From positions 224,001-288,000 of the forward strand of contig JBBRLQ010000001.1 in NCBI GenBank assembly GCA_038231275.1: a stretch of DNA of 64,000 nt. Reading direction: 5' to 3'. The notes under the pieces are model-generated. The model saw only the letters and a program-made list of their open reading frames with translations, searched no databases and was not told the DNA's origin. Shown piece after piece: positions 38,549-49,696 of the stretch. This DNA comes from Polyangiales bacterium. Lineage in GTDB: Bacteria > Myxococcota_A > Polyangia > Polyangiales > Polyangiaceae. Position 1 is the stretch's first letter, and the number at the start of each line of letters is the position of its first letter. The translations under genes and the position numbers were made by a program.

Positions 38549-40241
38549 CGAACGCAGACTAACACCGCGCGCCGCCGCCGCCACCGCCGCGGCGCTGCTC
38601 CTGCCGTCCCTGGCCGGAGGAGTCGCGCTCGATGACCACGTCCATCGGCTGCACGCGCGCGGCTACGCGTTCATGGGGCCGCCGCGCCCGTTCGATATGT
38701 TCCGCTTCATGGACGGCGATCCCGCGCACGTCGCGGCGCTGCGCGAGCAGGGGCTCGTCCCCTGGTTTACGCCGGACCACCTGCGCATCGCGTTCTTTCG
38801 GCCTCTCTCGGCGCTCACGCATTACCTGGACTACGGCGTCCTGCGGCTGCCGGCGTGGGCGATGCATGCCGAGAGCGTCGCGTGGTACGCGCTCCTCGTC
38901 TTGTGCGCCGCGCGCCTGTACACGCGGCTGCTCTCGGCGCCGGGCGTCGCGGGGCTCGCGTCTCTCTTCTATGCGCTCGATCCCGGCCACGCGCTCCCCG
39001 CCGGGTGGCTCGCGAACCGCAACGCCGTGATCGCCGGCCTCTTCGCGGTCCTGACCGTGGACGCGCACGATCGATGGCGGCGCGACGGCGCTCGCGCGGC
39101 GGCCGCGGTCTCGGCGGGATGCTTCGCCCTCGCGCTCGCGGGGGGAGAGATGGGGCTCGGCGCGCTCGCGTACCTCGTCGCGTACGCCGTCACCATGGAG
39201 GAAGGAGCTTGGCGGAGGCGCGCCGCGTCGCTCGTGCCGTGCACGCTCGTCGCGATCGTGTGGCAGGTGGTCTACCGCGCCGGCAACTACGGCGTCTCGG
39301 GATCGGCCTTCTACCGAGACCCCGCGACCGCGCCGCTCGCGTTCGCGAAAGTGTTCCCCGTCCACGCCGCAGAGCTCGGCGCGGGCGAGCTTCTGATGGT
39401 GCCGACCGAGCTCGCCGCGCGCGCGACGATCACGGGCGTCGTCGCGGTGCTCGGCGCGATCGCGCTGGCTTTGTTCGCGTGGGCGACGCTCCCGATCCTC
39501 CGACGTGATCGTGGCGTCCGCTTTCTCGCGCTTGGCGCGGCGCTCGCCCTCGTGCCGGTCTGTGGTGTGACGCCGGCGATTCGCGTCCTGGTGCTCGTGG
39601 GCGTCGGCGCGATGGGCGTGCTCGCGGCGCTCGTGGGCGACGTCTGTGCGCGCGTCGAGAGGCGGCCCCTCGCGAGGACGTTCGCGCGACTCGTCGGGGG
39701 GATTCACGTCGCGCTGGCGCCGATCCTCCTCGTCGCCGCGTCCTTGTCGACGATCGCAATCACGCGCTTCCTCGACGCGAGCGGCCCGGGCCTTCCGCGC
39801 GCGAGCGAGATGGCCGACCAGACCGTGCTCCTGGTCCGCACGCCGTCGTCGCTCGGCGCCGCCTACCGCTTCGGCGTCCCTCGCGACGAGCCGCCGACGA
39901 TGCCGCGCGCGCTCCGCTACATGGCCGTCGGCATCGGCGACTGCGTGGTCACGAGGCTCGACGCGCGCACGCTCGACGTGCACGTCGACGACGGCCTCCT
40001 GAACGATCCGCTCGTCAGCCTCTACCGCGACACGCCCGTGCGAAAGGGCGAGCGCGTCGCGCTGTCCGACATGGACATCGACGTGACCGAGGAGCGGGAC
40101 GGCAACGCCACCACCGCGCGCTTTCGGCTCGCCGGTGCGACGCTCGAGGATCCGGCGCGGGTGTGGATCGCTTGGGACCGAGGCCGCTTCGTCCGCCTGA
40201 CGCTGCCCGACGTCGGTAACAGCATGACGCTGCGAAATTGA
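38532..40241 (+). CDS. Polytopic membrane protein, GT-C glycosyltransferase-like
   Basis: Early DD motif (ALDDH), FFRPL, WLANR, about 10 TM helices. Start uncertain. Confidence 0.6.
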   Translation: MLQRIIERRLTPRAAAATAAALLLPSLAGGVALDDHVHRLHARGYAFMGPPRPFDMFRFMDGDPAHVAALREQGLVPWFTPDHLRIAFFRPLSALTHYLDYGVLRLPAWAMHAESVAWYALLVLCAARLYTRLLSAPGVAGLASLFYALDPGHALPAGWLANRNAVIAGLFAVLTVDAHDRWRRDGARAAAAVSAGCFALALAGGEMGLGALAYLVAYAVTMEEGAWRRRAASLVPCTLVAIVWQVVYRAGNYGVSGSAFYRDPATAPLAFAKVFPVHAAELGAGELLMVPTELAARATITGVVAVLGAIALALFAWATLPILRRDRGVRFLALGAALALVPVCGVTPAIRVLVLVGVGAMGVLAALVGDVCARVERRPLARTFARLVGGIHVALAPILLVAASLSTIAITRFLDASGPGLPRASEMADQTVLLVRTPSSLGAAYRFGVPRDEPPTMPRALRYMAVGIGDCVVTRLDARTLDVHVDDGLLNDPLVSLYRDTPVRKGERVALSDMDIDVTEERDGNATTARFRLAGATLEDPARVWIAWDRGRFVRLTLPDVGNSMTLRN

Positions 40242-40361
40242 GCCATATTTCGCGGCGATGAGCGGCACCGAAAAAATCCGCGGCGCGGTGTAAGGGACGG
40301 CGCGGAGGCCCGTTCTTCAGGGGAGGTGACTTTTGCGTTGGCGTCGAAGAACGCGTAGGAC

Positions 40362-40973
40362 TTGGCCGTGACCTCTCGCACTCCTTGGAGAACCCTCGGC
40401 GCGATCGCGGCGGGCGCGCTCGTCTTCGTTGGCGCATGCGCGCATCGGGACGCCGCGGCGCCGCCGAGCTCGTCGCCCGACAAGAACGCCGTGTCGGCGG
40501 ATCGCGCGGCAGACCACGGGCCGCCGCCACCGCCTGCCTCCCCGCCCGCGACCGCGGCGAGCGAGTACGAGCGTCCGCGGGACGCGCAGGAGGCGCAGAA
40601 GTCTTCGTCGACCCCCACGGGCGGGACCTCCCAGCCCGCTCCGTCCCCCCCAGCGCCCGCCGCCGAGCCACCGGCCGACGCGCCGCGAAAACGCGAGGCC
40701 GCCGTCCGGGCAGCGCGCGGAGAGTTGGAGCGTGCGCAACGCGAGCTGGACCTGGCGATGAGCGACTGCATGAGCGCCTGCCGCGCGCTCGGCTCGATGG
40801 AGCGCGCGACCGGCCACCTCTGCGATCTGGCGAGCGAGCAAGACGATCGCCACCGCTGCGAGGACGCCAAGACCGCGGTGCAGCGCGCGCGCGACAAGAT
40901 CCGCGGACGCTGCGGCACCTGCCCCGGCGGCCCGAGCCTAGAGAAGAGCGCTCCGATCCCGTCGCGCCCCTAG
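40362..40973 (+). CDS. Hypothetical Cys-rich lipoprotein
   Basis: Lipobox VGAC, Pro-rich linker, helical C-term domain with 6 Cys. Confidence 0.6.
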   Translation: MAVTSRTPWRTLGAIAAGALVFVGACAHRDAAAPPSSSPDKNAVSADRAADHGPPPPPASPPATAASEYERPRDAQEAQKSSSTPTGGTSQPAPSPPAPAAEPPADAPRKREAAVRAARGELERAQRELDLAMSDCMSACRALGSMERATGHLCDLASEQDDRHRCEDAKTAVQRARDKIRGRCGTCPGGPSLEKSAPIPSRP

Positions 40974-40996
40974 AAGCTCGGAGCCTCGCCTCGCGC

Positions 40997-42844
40997 CTAC
41001 GTCGGGTTGCCGACGACCGGCAAGCGCACCGTGCCGCGCGACGTCGGGAGCGGGAGATCCTGATTCTTCGCGTAGACCGGGTGACGCCCCTTCGTGCGGT
41101 ACCACTCGGCGACGCTGGCGTTCGCCTTCATCTTCTCGATCACGTTCCGCCAGCCGACGCCGGTGTTGTACGCGCAGAAGCTGATCTCCCCCATCTGCGT
41201 GCCGTAGGGGATGATGCACATCTCGGTGCGGCGGAAATCGTAGTTGAAGAGATCCTGGAACCACATGCCGGCGACGAAGAGCAGCCGCCACTCGAATTCG
41301 GCGGCGTCGCTCTCGTACTCGCCGACCTTCGCGCCGCGGTTGCCGGTCTGGCTGAGGAACTGCTTCACGAGCTTCGCGAAGGAGTAGCCGCGCGGCGCGT
41401 GGCGGGCGTCGTAGCTCTTCATGAGGGCCAACGCGACCTGGGCGAGCGTGACCGCGCGGGGCTGCGCGCCGTCGGTGATCGTCCCGATGTCGGCGAGGAG
41501 CTGCTCGAGATCGAGGAACTTGGTGAGCGGCACCATCTCGCCCGTCTTCTTGTTCACGAACAGCACGGTGCCGATGCCGCAGTTCGGGTGGCAGCCGCAC
41601 TTCAGCGCGCCCCAGTCGGCGCGCTCGCCCATGAGCGTGTCGGTCAGATCGCTGAACGGGCCCATCGCCGAGAGCGGGAACCAGTCGCGGAGAGGCTCGG
41701 TCGCGCCGGTCTGCGCCTTCACGTCGTGCGCCAGGTGGCTCAAGGTGTAACGCTGGCGCGTGCGCTGCTCGTCGGAGATGTCCTCGTCGCGGCCGGTGAA
41801 GCTGACCGGCTGGAAGCTGACGACGGTGATCTTGTCGGCGTTGGCGATCGCGAACTCTACGATCTTGCCGACCTGGTCGTTGTTCACGCCGTTCACGACG
41901 GTGACGACGAGGACCACGTCGATCCCCGCGGCGTGGAGGTTCTCGATCGCGCGGAGCTTCACGTCGAAGAGGTTGCCGACCTTGCGGTGGCTGTTTGCCT
42001 CGTTGGTGACGCCGTCGAACTGCAGGTACGCGAGGCGGAGCCCCGCGGCCTTGGCCTTCTGCGCGAGCTCCGGGTCCTGCGCAAAGAGCACGCCGTTGGT
42101 TGCACACTGCACACAAAAATAGCCATTTTCGCGAGAGTATTGGATGGCGCGGAGGAAGTGCGGGGAGAGCGTCGGCTCGCCGCCCGAGAACTGGACGCTC
42201 ATCTGGCGGCGCGGCTTGATGGTGAGCGAGTCGTCGAGGATCTTCTGGATCTCGTCCCACTCGAGCTCGTGGACGAAGCCGACCTGGTTGGCGTCCATGA
42301 AGCAGGGATCGCACATCATGTTGCAGCGGTTCGTGAGATCCACCGTGAGGACCGAGCCGCGGCCGTACTTCACGCTCGACGAGCCGTGCTCGCGGAGGCG
42401 CGTGAGCGGCGCGAGAAAATCGCGGCCGGGGTAGAGCTGCTCGATGCGGCGAAAGAACGCGGCGTCGATGCTCATGACGTCCTCGGTCGCGCCGTGCCGG
42501 GGGCAGCTCTTCTTCATCTTCACGATGCCGTCTTCTTCGACGACCTGCGCGCGGATCTCACCGGGGCGACCTTCGGTGAGCGTCGAGAGTGCCTTCTCGC
42601 CGCTCAAGATCTGCGCGCGCACCTCCTTCACGCAGCCCGGGCAGAGCGAGTCGGTCTCGCGCGGCCAGCCGAGCTGGGGGAACGTGCGCTCGCGGCGCTT
42701 GGGGAGGGGGCCGGGAGCCCACGACGGGCTCGGCGACGGGCGCTCGAAGCGCGCGTTGTAGCGTTCGACGAGGGGCCACGCCGCGCGTGCCGCGTGGGAG
42801 AGCCCGCGCTCGGCGGCGCGGAGAACACGATCCTGGATGCGCAT
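40997..42844 (-). CDS. Radical SAM protein, tetraether synthase (Tes/MJ0619) family-like
   Basis: SLCPGC...CPRHG N-domain, [49 protein letters not shown]...SFCAYN. Confidence 0.8.
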   Translation of the reverse strand: MRIQDRVLRAAERGLSHAARAAWPLVERYNARFERPSPSPSWAPGPLPKRRERTFPQLGWPRETDSLCPGCVKEVRAQILSGEKALSTLTEGRPGEIRAQVVEEDGIVKMKKSCPRHGATEDVMSIDAAFFRRIEQLYPGRDFLAPLTRLREHGSSSVKYGRGSVLTVDLTNRCNMMCDPCFMDANQVGFVHELEWDEIQKILDDSLTIKPRRQMSVQFSGGEPTLSPHFLRAIQYSRENGYFCVQCATNGVLFAQDPELAQKAKAAGLRLAYLQFDGVTNEANSHRKVGNLFDVKLRAIENLHAAGIDVVLVVTVVNGVNNDQVGKIVEFAIANADKITVVSFQPVSFTGRDEDISDEQRTRQRYTLSHLAHDVKAQTGATEPLRDWFPLSAMGPFSDLTDTLMGERADWGALKCGCHPNCGIGTVLFVNKKTGEMVPLTKFLDLEQLLADIGTITDGAQPRAVTLAQVALALMKSYDARHAPRGYSFAKLVKQFLSQTGNRGAKVGEYESDAAEFEWRLLFVAGMWFQDLFNYDFRRTEMCIIPYGTQMGEISFCAYNTGVGWRNVIEKMKANASVAEWYRTKGRHPVYAKNQDLPLPTSRGTVRLPVVGNPT

Positions 42845-42888
42845 CTGGTCGCGAGCATACCAGACTGCGCGCGCTATTCTCGCCGCCC

Positions 42889-43299
42889 ATGCGCGCCCAT
42901 ACCGAGTACCTCACCTTCCACACCAAGGCCCGGCGAGAGCTCGTCCATATGACCCCCAAGCTCGGGGAGATCCTGAAGACGAGCGGCATCGCCGAGGGCT
43001 TCATGCTCGTCAGCGCGATGCACATCACCGCCGGCGTCTTCGTGAACGACGACGAGTCGGGCCTCCACGAGGACATCTGGAAGTGGCTCGAGCACCTGGC
43101 CCCAAAGGCCGACTACGCCCACCACCGCACGGGAGAGGACAACGGGGACGCCCACCTAAAGTCGATGCTCGTGCATCACGAGGTGATCGTCCCGGTGACC
43201 AAAGGGCGGCTCGACCTGGGGACCTGGCAGCGGGTCTTCTACGCCGAGTTCGACGGGCAGCGCGACAAGCGGCTGATCGTCAAGATCCTCGGCATTTGA
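42889..43299 (+). CDS. yjbQ: Secondary thiamine-phosphate synthase family protein (UPF0047)
   Basis: [28 protein letters not shown]. Confidence 0.9.
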   Translation: MRAHTEYLTFHTKARRELVHMTPKLGEILKTSGIAEGFMLVSAMHITAGVFVNDDESGLHEDIWKWLEHLAPKADYAHHRTGEDNGDAHLKSMLVHHEVIVPVTKGRLDLGTWQRVFYAEFDGQRDKRLIVKILGI

Positions 43300-43314
43300 A
43301 GCTCAATCCGAAGG

Positions 43315-43617
43315 CTACTTCGAGAGCTTCGCCGCGAGGACGTCGACCGGCTCGATCTTCGGCGGCTCCGCGAGGAGCTCGCCTGCCTTTGCCATGAGGG
43401 CCGCCGCGATCGGGCCGTTCAGGTGCGCCTTCCGGCCGGTGTCGTCGGGGAACGCGTCGAAGATGCCGAACTCGTTCTTCGAGAAGCGCGTCGCGAACCA
43501 CACCACGGTGGACGCCTCGGCTTGAGCGAGCGGCAACGCGCTCGCCAGGAACGCGGCGACCTCTTCTTCTTTTCCGGGCTTGGCGACGAGACGTACGGAG
43601 AGTCCGACCTTGACCAT
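43315..43617 (-). CDS. Antibiotic-biosynthesis-monooxygenase (ABM) domain protein
   Basis: AKPGKEEEV, FGIFDAF, AHL. Confidence 0.8.
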   Translation of the reverse strand: MVKVGLSVRLVAKPGKEEEVAAFLASALPLAQAEASTVVWFATRFSKNEFGIFDAFPDDTGRKAHLNGPIAAALMAKAGELLAEPPKIEPVDVLAAKLSK

Positions 43618-43669
43618 GGAGCACCTCGCTTTCGAGAGGAAGCCTAGGGAGGCGGCGGTGAATGGGGTA

Positions 43670-43743
43670 GCGCCGGAAGCGACAACGAAGGTAGCGATTG
43701 CGACAGTGGCGGGATTACCTTCATCGCTGTCGTTTTTGCTACC
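43670..43743. promoter_or_regulatory. Putative AraC/GlxA binding sites
   Basis: GTAGC-N5-CGACA (43691-43705), inverted copy TGTCG-N5-GCTAC (43728-43742), and a related site 21 bp upstream (43670-43684). Confidence 0.45.
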
Positions 43744-43766
43744 GTGGGCGGTGATACCCTCGAGAA

Positions 43767-44732
43767 ATGCGGGTGTCCGTGCTGGTCCTCGACGGCGTCT
43801 TCGATAGCGGTCTGTCGGTCGTGCTCGACACACTGGCGACGGCGAACGACCTGGCAGAGGGCGGTCGTAGGTCGGCGCGGCACGAGGTGACGGTGTGCGG
43901 GCTCTCGCGCTTCGCGACGACGTACCACGGCCTCCGCGTGCCGCTCGCGCCCGCCAAGGGAGGCGCGCGTCCCGACGTGGTCGTGGTGCCGGCGCTGGGG
44001 TGCAAGACGCGCGAGACGATCTTGGCGGCGCTCGATCGCCGCGACGTGGGCGACGCGTGCGATCTCTTGCGCGGGTGGTCGAAGGGAGGGGCCCGCGTCG
44101 CCGGCGCGTGCACGGCTACGTTCGTCCTCGCGCTCTCCGGCATCCTCGACGGCGGGCGGGCGACGACGACGTGGTGGCTCTCGCCGGTCTTCCGCGAGCG
44201 GTTCCCGCGCGTGACGCTCGACGAGTCGCGAATGATCGTCCAATCGTCGCGCGTCGTGACCGCCGGCGCGGCCCTGGCGCACGTGGATCTCGCGCTGTGG
44301 CTGGTGCGTCAGAGGAGCCCCGCGCTGGCGGAGGCGACGGCGCGGTACCTCGTCTTCGACGCGCGCCCGTCGCAGGCGGGCTATTCGATTCCCGATCACC
44401 TCGCGCACGCCGATCCGCTCGTCGAGCGCTTCGAGCACTGGGCAAGGCGCCACTTGACGGACTTCACCCTCGCCGACGCTGCGCGCCACGTGGGCGCGAG
44501 CGAGCGCACGCTGGAGCGCCGCATGCGGGCCGTGCTCGGGAGGTCGCCTCTCGCGTACGTCCAAGATTTGCGCGTAGAAATGGCCGTTTTTCGACTACGC
44601 ACGACGAGCGAGTCGATCGAGCAGATCGCGACGGCGGTGGGCTATGGCGATGGGGTGACGTTGCGGACGCTCCTCCGAAAGAAGACGGGCCGAGGGATCC
44701 GAGAGCTGCGCGCGCCGGTCGGCGCCGCGTGA
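43767..44732 (+). CDS. GlxA-type AraC regulator with DJ-1/PfpI domain
   Basis: ACTATFVLA, ATTTWW, VTAGAA, SERTLERR, IATAVGY. Confidence 0.9.
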   Translation: MRVSVLVLDGVFDSGLSVVLDTLATANDLAEGGRRSARHEVTVCGLSRFATTYHGLRVPLAPAKGGARPDVVVVPALGCKTRETILAALDRRDVGDACDLLRGWSKGGARVAGACTATFVLALSGILDGGRATTTWWLSPVFRERFPRVTLDESRMIVQSSRVVTAGAALAHVDLALWLVRQRSPALAEATARYLVFDARPSQAGYSIPDHLAHADPLVERFEHWARRHLTDFTLADAARHVGASERTLERRMRAVLGRSPLAYVQDLRVEMAVFRLRTTSESIEQIATAVGYGDGVTLRTLLRKKTGRGIRELRAPVGAA

Positions 44733-44873
44733 CGGGCCGATGAGCATCCACCTCGCCTTGCGCATGACGATCGGGGCGTGCGCCATCGCGGCGGCCACCG
44801 GGTGTCGTGCGTCCGAGGCGCGTCGTGCGACTCCCCCCGCGAGGTGATCCTGGGATCCGATCGCCGTTGGGCG

Positions 44874-44903
44874 TTGACGATCCCTCCGGCTCGTCTTTAC
44901 CCT
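44874..44903 (+). promoter_or_regulatory. Putative sigma-70 promoter, leaderless
   Basis: TTGACG-N18-TACCCT-N6-ATG. Confidence 0.55.
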
Positions 44904-44909
44904 CCGCAG

Positions 44910-46163
<1,254 letters not shown>

Positions 46164-46166
46164 GAT

Positions 46167-47501
46167 TTGCGGGTGCATTTCACGGTCCTCGGCGCAAGTC
46201 TCGCGTTGCTCGGCGCCTGTGGATCGCCGACCACGCGCGCCACGCTGCCGCCACACGCGGACGAGGCAGCCGCGGGGTTTCGCGATGTCGCCGAGCGATG
46301 GAGCCAGCGCGAGGACGAGGTGCTGGCCGCGCTGGGCGGAGGAGATCCGACGCTGGCGCAGCGCTTTGGCGACGTTCCCGCGCTGGACGGGCCGGACTCC
46401 GAAGTCGAAACGGACTGGTTAGCCCTGCGGCTGCGCACCGAAGGCGTATCGAAGGCAGAGCACGCCCTCGCGCAGTGGGCCGACTCCGCGCGTCTCCCCC
46501 GGACAGCGAATGGGGCCGCGTGGGAGCTACGGCTCGAGCGCGAGCTCGTGATCCGCGCCGTGCGCGAGGAGCGGTTTCGGCTCGAGCACGAGTCGGCCCT
46601 CCCGCGCGGCGCGAGCGCCCTCGTGCGCGCGATGGTGATGACGGTGGGCATCACGCGGCCCTTGCCAGGGCAACCGCCGCGCGAGGGTTGGGTCGACCGG
46701 CGCCTCGACGAGATCCGGATCGCTGCACGCGACGCGACGCTCGATACGACCGAGCTGGCCGAGCTCGAGGACGCGCTGGATGCGCTGGAACGCGGCGCGT
46801 CTCCGAGCACGACGGCGGGCCTCGTGCGCCTGCGTGTGGAGCTCGAGTCGCTCCGCCGCGCGCCGGCGCGGTCGGCCGAACTGGGTCGCCTGGAGCAAGC
46901 GCTGGGCGCGCACGCGGGCACGAGCTTGCCGCTGCCGGTCGTGCGCTCGCGTCTGGAGCGCGCGGAGGTCGGCGCGCGCGACGCGGTCGCCTCCTTCGTC
47001 GCGCGCGTCTCTGCGGAAGACGCCCGCGCCGCCGAGAAGGAGGCCGTGCCCCTCCTCTTCCGCACCGCGTCGTGCGGTGAACCCGAGAACAGCTCCCGCA
47101 TGCGCCGCGCCGCGCCTCCGCCCGAGCGCGCGGCCGCGTGCGCGGAGGTCCGCCTCGCGCGCGACGCCAACGGCGACAAGGAGACGCTGGCCATGTGGAT
47201 CGTGCTGCACGATCACCTCGCGGTGGCGCTCTGGTCGCTCGCGCGCGCCGACGGGGCGCAGTCACCCGACGCCGCGGTGATGGGTCACCGCCTCTTGTCC
47301 GCGATGTCCCCGGAAGCTCGGGCCCGCCTCGCCCGCCTCGCGTCGGTCCAGCCGACCGTCGCGGTCACCGCGGGCCTCGCCGCCGACATGCTGGCGCGCC
47401 GCGGGCCCTTCGGCACCGCGGGCGTCGCCAAGGCATGGGCGGCGTTCGGCGACGCCCCACTCGACGTCGTCGAACGCGAGGTCCTCGCCAAAATGCCCTG
47501 A
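46167..47501 (+). CDS. Hypothetical helical lipoprotein
   Basis: Lipobox LLGAC; fills the interval. Confidence 0.6.
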   Translation: MRVHFTVLGASLALLGACGSPTTRATLPPHADEAAAGFRDVAERWSQREDEVLAALGGGDPTLAQRFGDVPALDGPDSEVETDWLALRLRTEGVSKAEHALAQWADSARLPRTANGAAWELRLERELVIRAVREERFRLEHESALPRGASALVRAMVMTVGITRPLPGQPPREGWVDRRLDEIRIAARDATLDTTELAELEDALDALERGASPSTTAGLVRLRVELESLRRAPARSAELGRLEQALGAHAGTSLPLPVVRSRLERAEVGARDAVASFVARVSAEDARAAEKEAVPLLFRTASCGEPENSSRMRRAAPPPERAAACAEVRLARDANGDKETLAMWIVLHDHLAVALWSLARADGAQSPDAAVMGHRLLSAMSPEARARLARLASVQPTVAVTAGLAADMLARRGPFGTAGVAKAWAAFGDAPLDVVEREVLAKMP

Positions 47502-47526
47502 TTTTTGCGGAATTTTGGCGAAAACG

Positions 47527-48573
47527 TCAGCGCGCGGCGGCGGCGAGCTTCTCTTCGACGAGGATGTCCGCGATGCGGTACGTCGGCGAACGCAGCTTGG
47601 TGCTCCGTTCGGCGATCTCCAGGATCGTGTCGTAGATCTTGAGCGTGCGGTCGCGCGACACCTTCGCGTCGTACCCGCTCACTTCTTGCGCGACGTTGAC
47701 GAGCCCGCCCGCGTTGATGGCGTAGTCGGGCGCGTACAAGATGCCGCGTTGATGCAGGTCGTCGCCGTGGCGCGGCTCCGCGAGCTGGTTGTTGGCGGCG
47801 CCCGCGACGATCTTCGCCTTGAGGCGCGGGATCGTGTGGTCGTTGAGCGCGCTCCCGAGGGCGCACGGCGAGATGACGTCGCACGCGACTTCGAAGATTT
47901 GATCGAGCGGGACGACGGTTGCCTTGAACTCCCGATGCGCGCGCTCTGCCTTCAAGGGATCGACGTCGGCGACGCTGATCTTCGCGCCCGCCTCCGCCAG
48001 CTCCTTGCACAGGTGGTAGCCCACGTGACCGACGCCCTGAATGGCGACGTGCACTCCGTCGAGCGACGTCTTGCCGAGCTTGTGCTTCACGCACGCCTCG
48101 ATGCCGCGGCGCACGCCGAGCGCCGTGAACGGCGACGGATCTCCGGAGCCGCCATTCTTCACGTCCACGCCGGTGACGTGCTTGGTGGCCGTGCGAATGA
48201 CCTCCATATCCTCGAGGCCGGTGCCGCTGTCCTCGGCGGTGATGTAGTGGCCGCCGAGCCCGTCGATGAAGCGCCCGAACGCGCGAAAGAGCGCGACGCG
48301 ATCGAAGTGCTGCTTCGGCCGGACGATCACGCTCTTGCCGCCGCCGTGCGCGAGACCGGCGAGCGCAGCTTTGTACGTCATGCCGCGGGCGAGGCGGAGC
48401 GCGTCAATGAGCGCCGCTTCGTCGGTGTCGTACGGAAGGAAACGGCACCCGCCGAGCGAAGGGCCGAGACGCGAGTCGTGGATCGCCACGATGGCCTTCA
48501 GGCCCGTCGCCTTGTCGAGGCCGAAATGGACCTCTCCGTAGTCGTATGTCTTGAGGTGACCGAAGAGATCCAC
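47527..48573 (-). CDS. Glu/Leu/Phe/Val dehydrogenase (leucine dehydrogenase-like)
   Basis: LGPSLGGCR, GMTYKAA, GGGKSV, TAEDSG, IQGVGHVG, GAANNQL. Confidence 0.92.
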   Translation of the reverse strand: MDLFGHLKTYDYGEVHFGLDKATGLKAIVAIHDSRLGPSLGGCRFLPYDTDEAALIDALRLARGMTYKAALAGLAHGGGKSVIVRPKQHFDRVALFRAFGRFIDGLGGHYITAEDSGTGLEDMEVIRTATKHVTGVDVKNGGSGDPSPFTALGVRRGIEACVKHKLGKTSLDGVHVAIQGVGHVGYHLCKELAEAGAKISVADVDPLKAERAHREFKATVVPLDQIFEVACDVISPCALGSALNDHTIPRLKAKIVAGAANNQLAEPRHGDDLHQRGILYAPDYAINAGGLVNVAQEVSGYDAKVSRDRTLKIYDTILEIAERSTKLRSPTYRIADILVEEKLAAAAR

Positions 48574-48593
48574 GTGGGGTCCGTTCTTTTCGC

Positions 48594-49646
48594 TCAGGGA
48601 TGGCCGGCCGGCATCTGCATGCCCGGTGGCATCTGCATGCCCGGCGGCATCTGCATGCCCTTCATCGCCGCCGACGGATCCTTCGCGGCGCCCGCGTCGC
48701 CGGACGGCTTCTGGAACTTCTTGTCGTCCGCCGTGGCCCAGTCGCCCGGCGACACTCCGACGATGTAGATGATCGGATCGGCGTCTTTCATGGCGTAGCG
48801 CGCGCTTCCCTGCGACGTCTTGCCGACCTTGAGGACGTAGTGGCCCGCGTTGTCCTTCAGGTTGATCTCGAGCGTCGCCTCCGGCGCGTCGAGGCCGGTG
48901 TCCGCGGCCGTCTTCTTCTCGTCGGCGAAGTCGTCGGCGTTCAGCATCTTGAAGACGCGGAGGAGATCTTTCACCTTCTCCTCGTCGAAGCGCTCGATCG
49001 GCTTGTTGTTGAGCGTGCCTGCCCAGTGCTCGCCCTTCGTGAACGAGAACTTTCCGGTCTTGTTGGTGAGGAGCACGTTCGTCGCGTTCGCGTCGTCGAA
49101 CTTGAGCATCTCCTTCTCGCGCCACTCGTTGGCGGTGCGGTTGTAGAGGTAGCTCGAGTAGCCGGTCGCGCCGTACACGGCGGGCTTGCCCTCGACCATC
49201 ATCATCTCGCCCCGGCTGCCGGTCTTTCCGAACCAGTTGTCCGACTTCTTGTCGGCGCCCTTGAACGCCTGCACGTGCAAGGCGAGCGCGGGGGTGAGGT
49301 TGTATTCCTTCTTCAGCCCGTCATCGACGGTCGACGAGATGACCTCCTTGGCCTTGATCTCCTTCATGTTGTCGATGAGGGATTTCACGCTCGTCTGATT
49401 GGCGAGGGCCTTCACGGGCTTCGTCACCATCCACTTGTCGCCCTGCTTCTCGAGGACGACGTCGCCCTTGTCGCCGTTTGTGATCGACACCTTGTCGACG
49501 TCGTCGGGCGTCTTGATGTCCGGCAGGTCGGTCTGCGCGGAGGTCGGGGCGCCCTTCTTGGCGTCCTGGTTCATCTGCCGATAGACGAGGCCCGAGAGGG
49601 CCGCCAGAACGACGACCCCGATGACGAGGCTTTTTTCACGAGACAT
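48594..49646 (-). CDS. DUF4340 domain protein
   Basis: N-terminal TM, duplicated KEYNL/DTGL..P modules, last gene of a Gld-type ABC cluster. Confidence 0.75.
   Translation of the reverse strand: MSREKSLVIGVVVLAALSGLVYRQMNQDAKKGAPTSAQTDLPDIKTPDDVDKVSITNGDKGDVVLEKQGDKWMVTKPVKALANQTSVKSLIDNMKEIKAKEVISSTVDDGLKKEYNLTPALALHVQAFKGADKKSDNWFGKTGSRGEMMMVEGKPAVYGATGYSSYLYNRTANEWREKEMLKFDDANATNVLLTNKTGKFSFTKGEHWAGTLNNKPIERFDEEKVKDLLRVFKMLNADDFADEKKTAADTGLDAPEATLEINLKDNAGHYVLKVGKTSQGSARYAMKDADPIIYIVGVSPGDWATADDKKFQKPSGDAGAAKDPSAAMKGMQMPPGMQMPPGMQMPAGHP
48610..48660. repeat. 18-bp tandem repeat (~3 copies) encoding GMQMPP
   Basis: ggcatctgcatgcccgg(t/c) units. Confidence 0.85.
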
Positions 49647-49696
49647 CTGGATGCTCCGTCTTGTGCTGCGTCTTGCTGTGAAGGACGGCCCGAGGA

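Noticed and set aside
40385-42952. 855-aa plus ORF opposite the Tes-like gene
   Set aside because: Antisense shadow without recognisable motifs.
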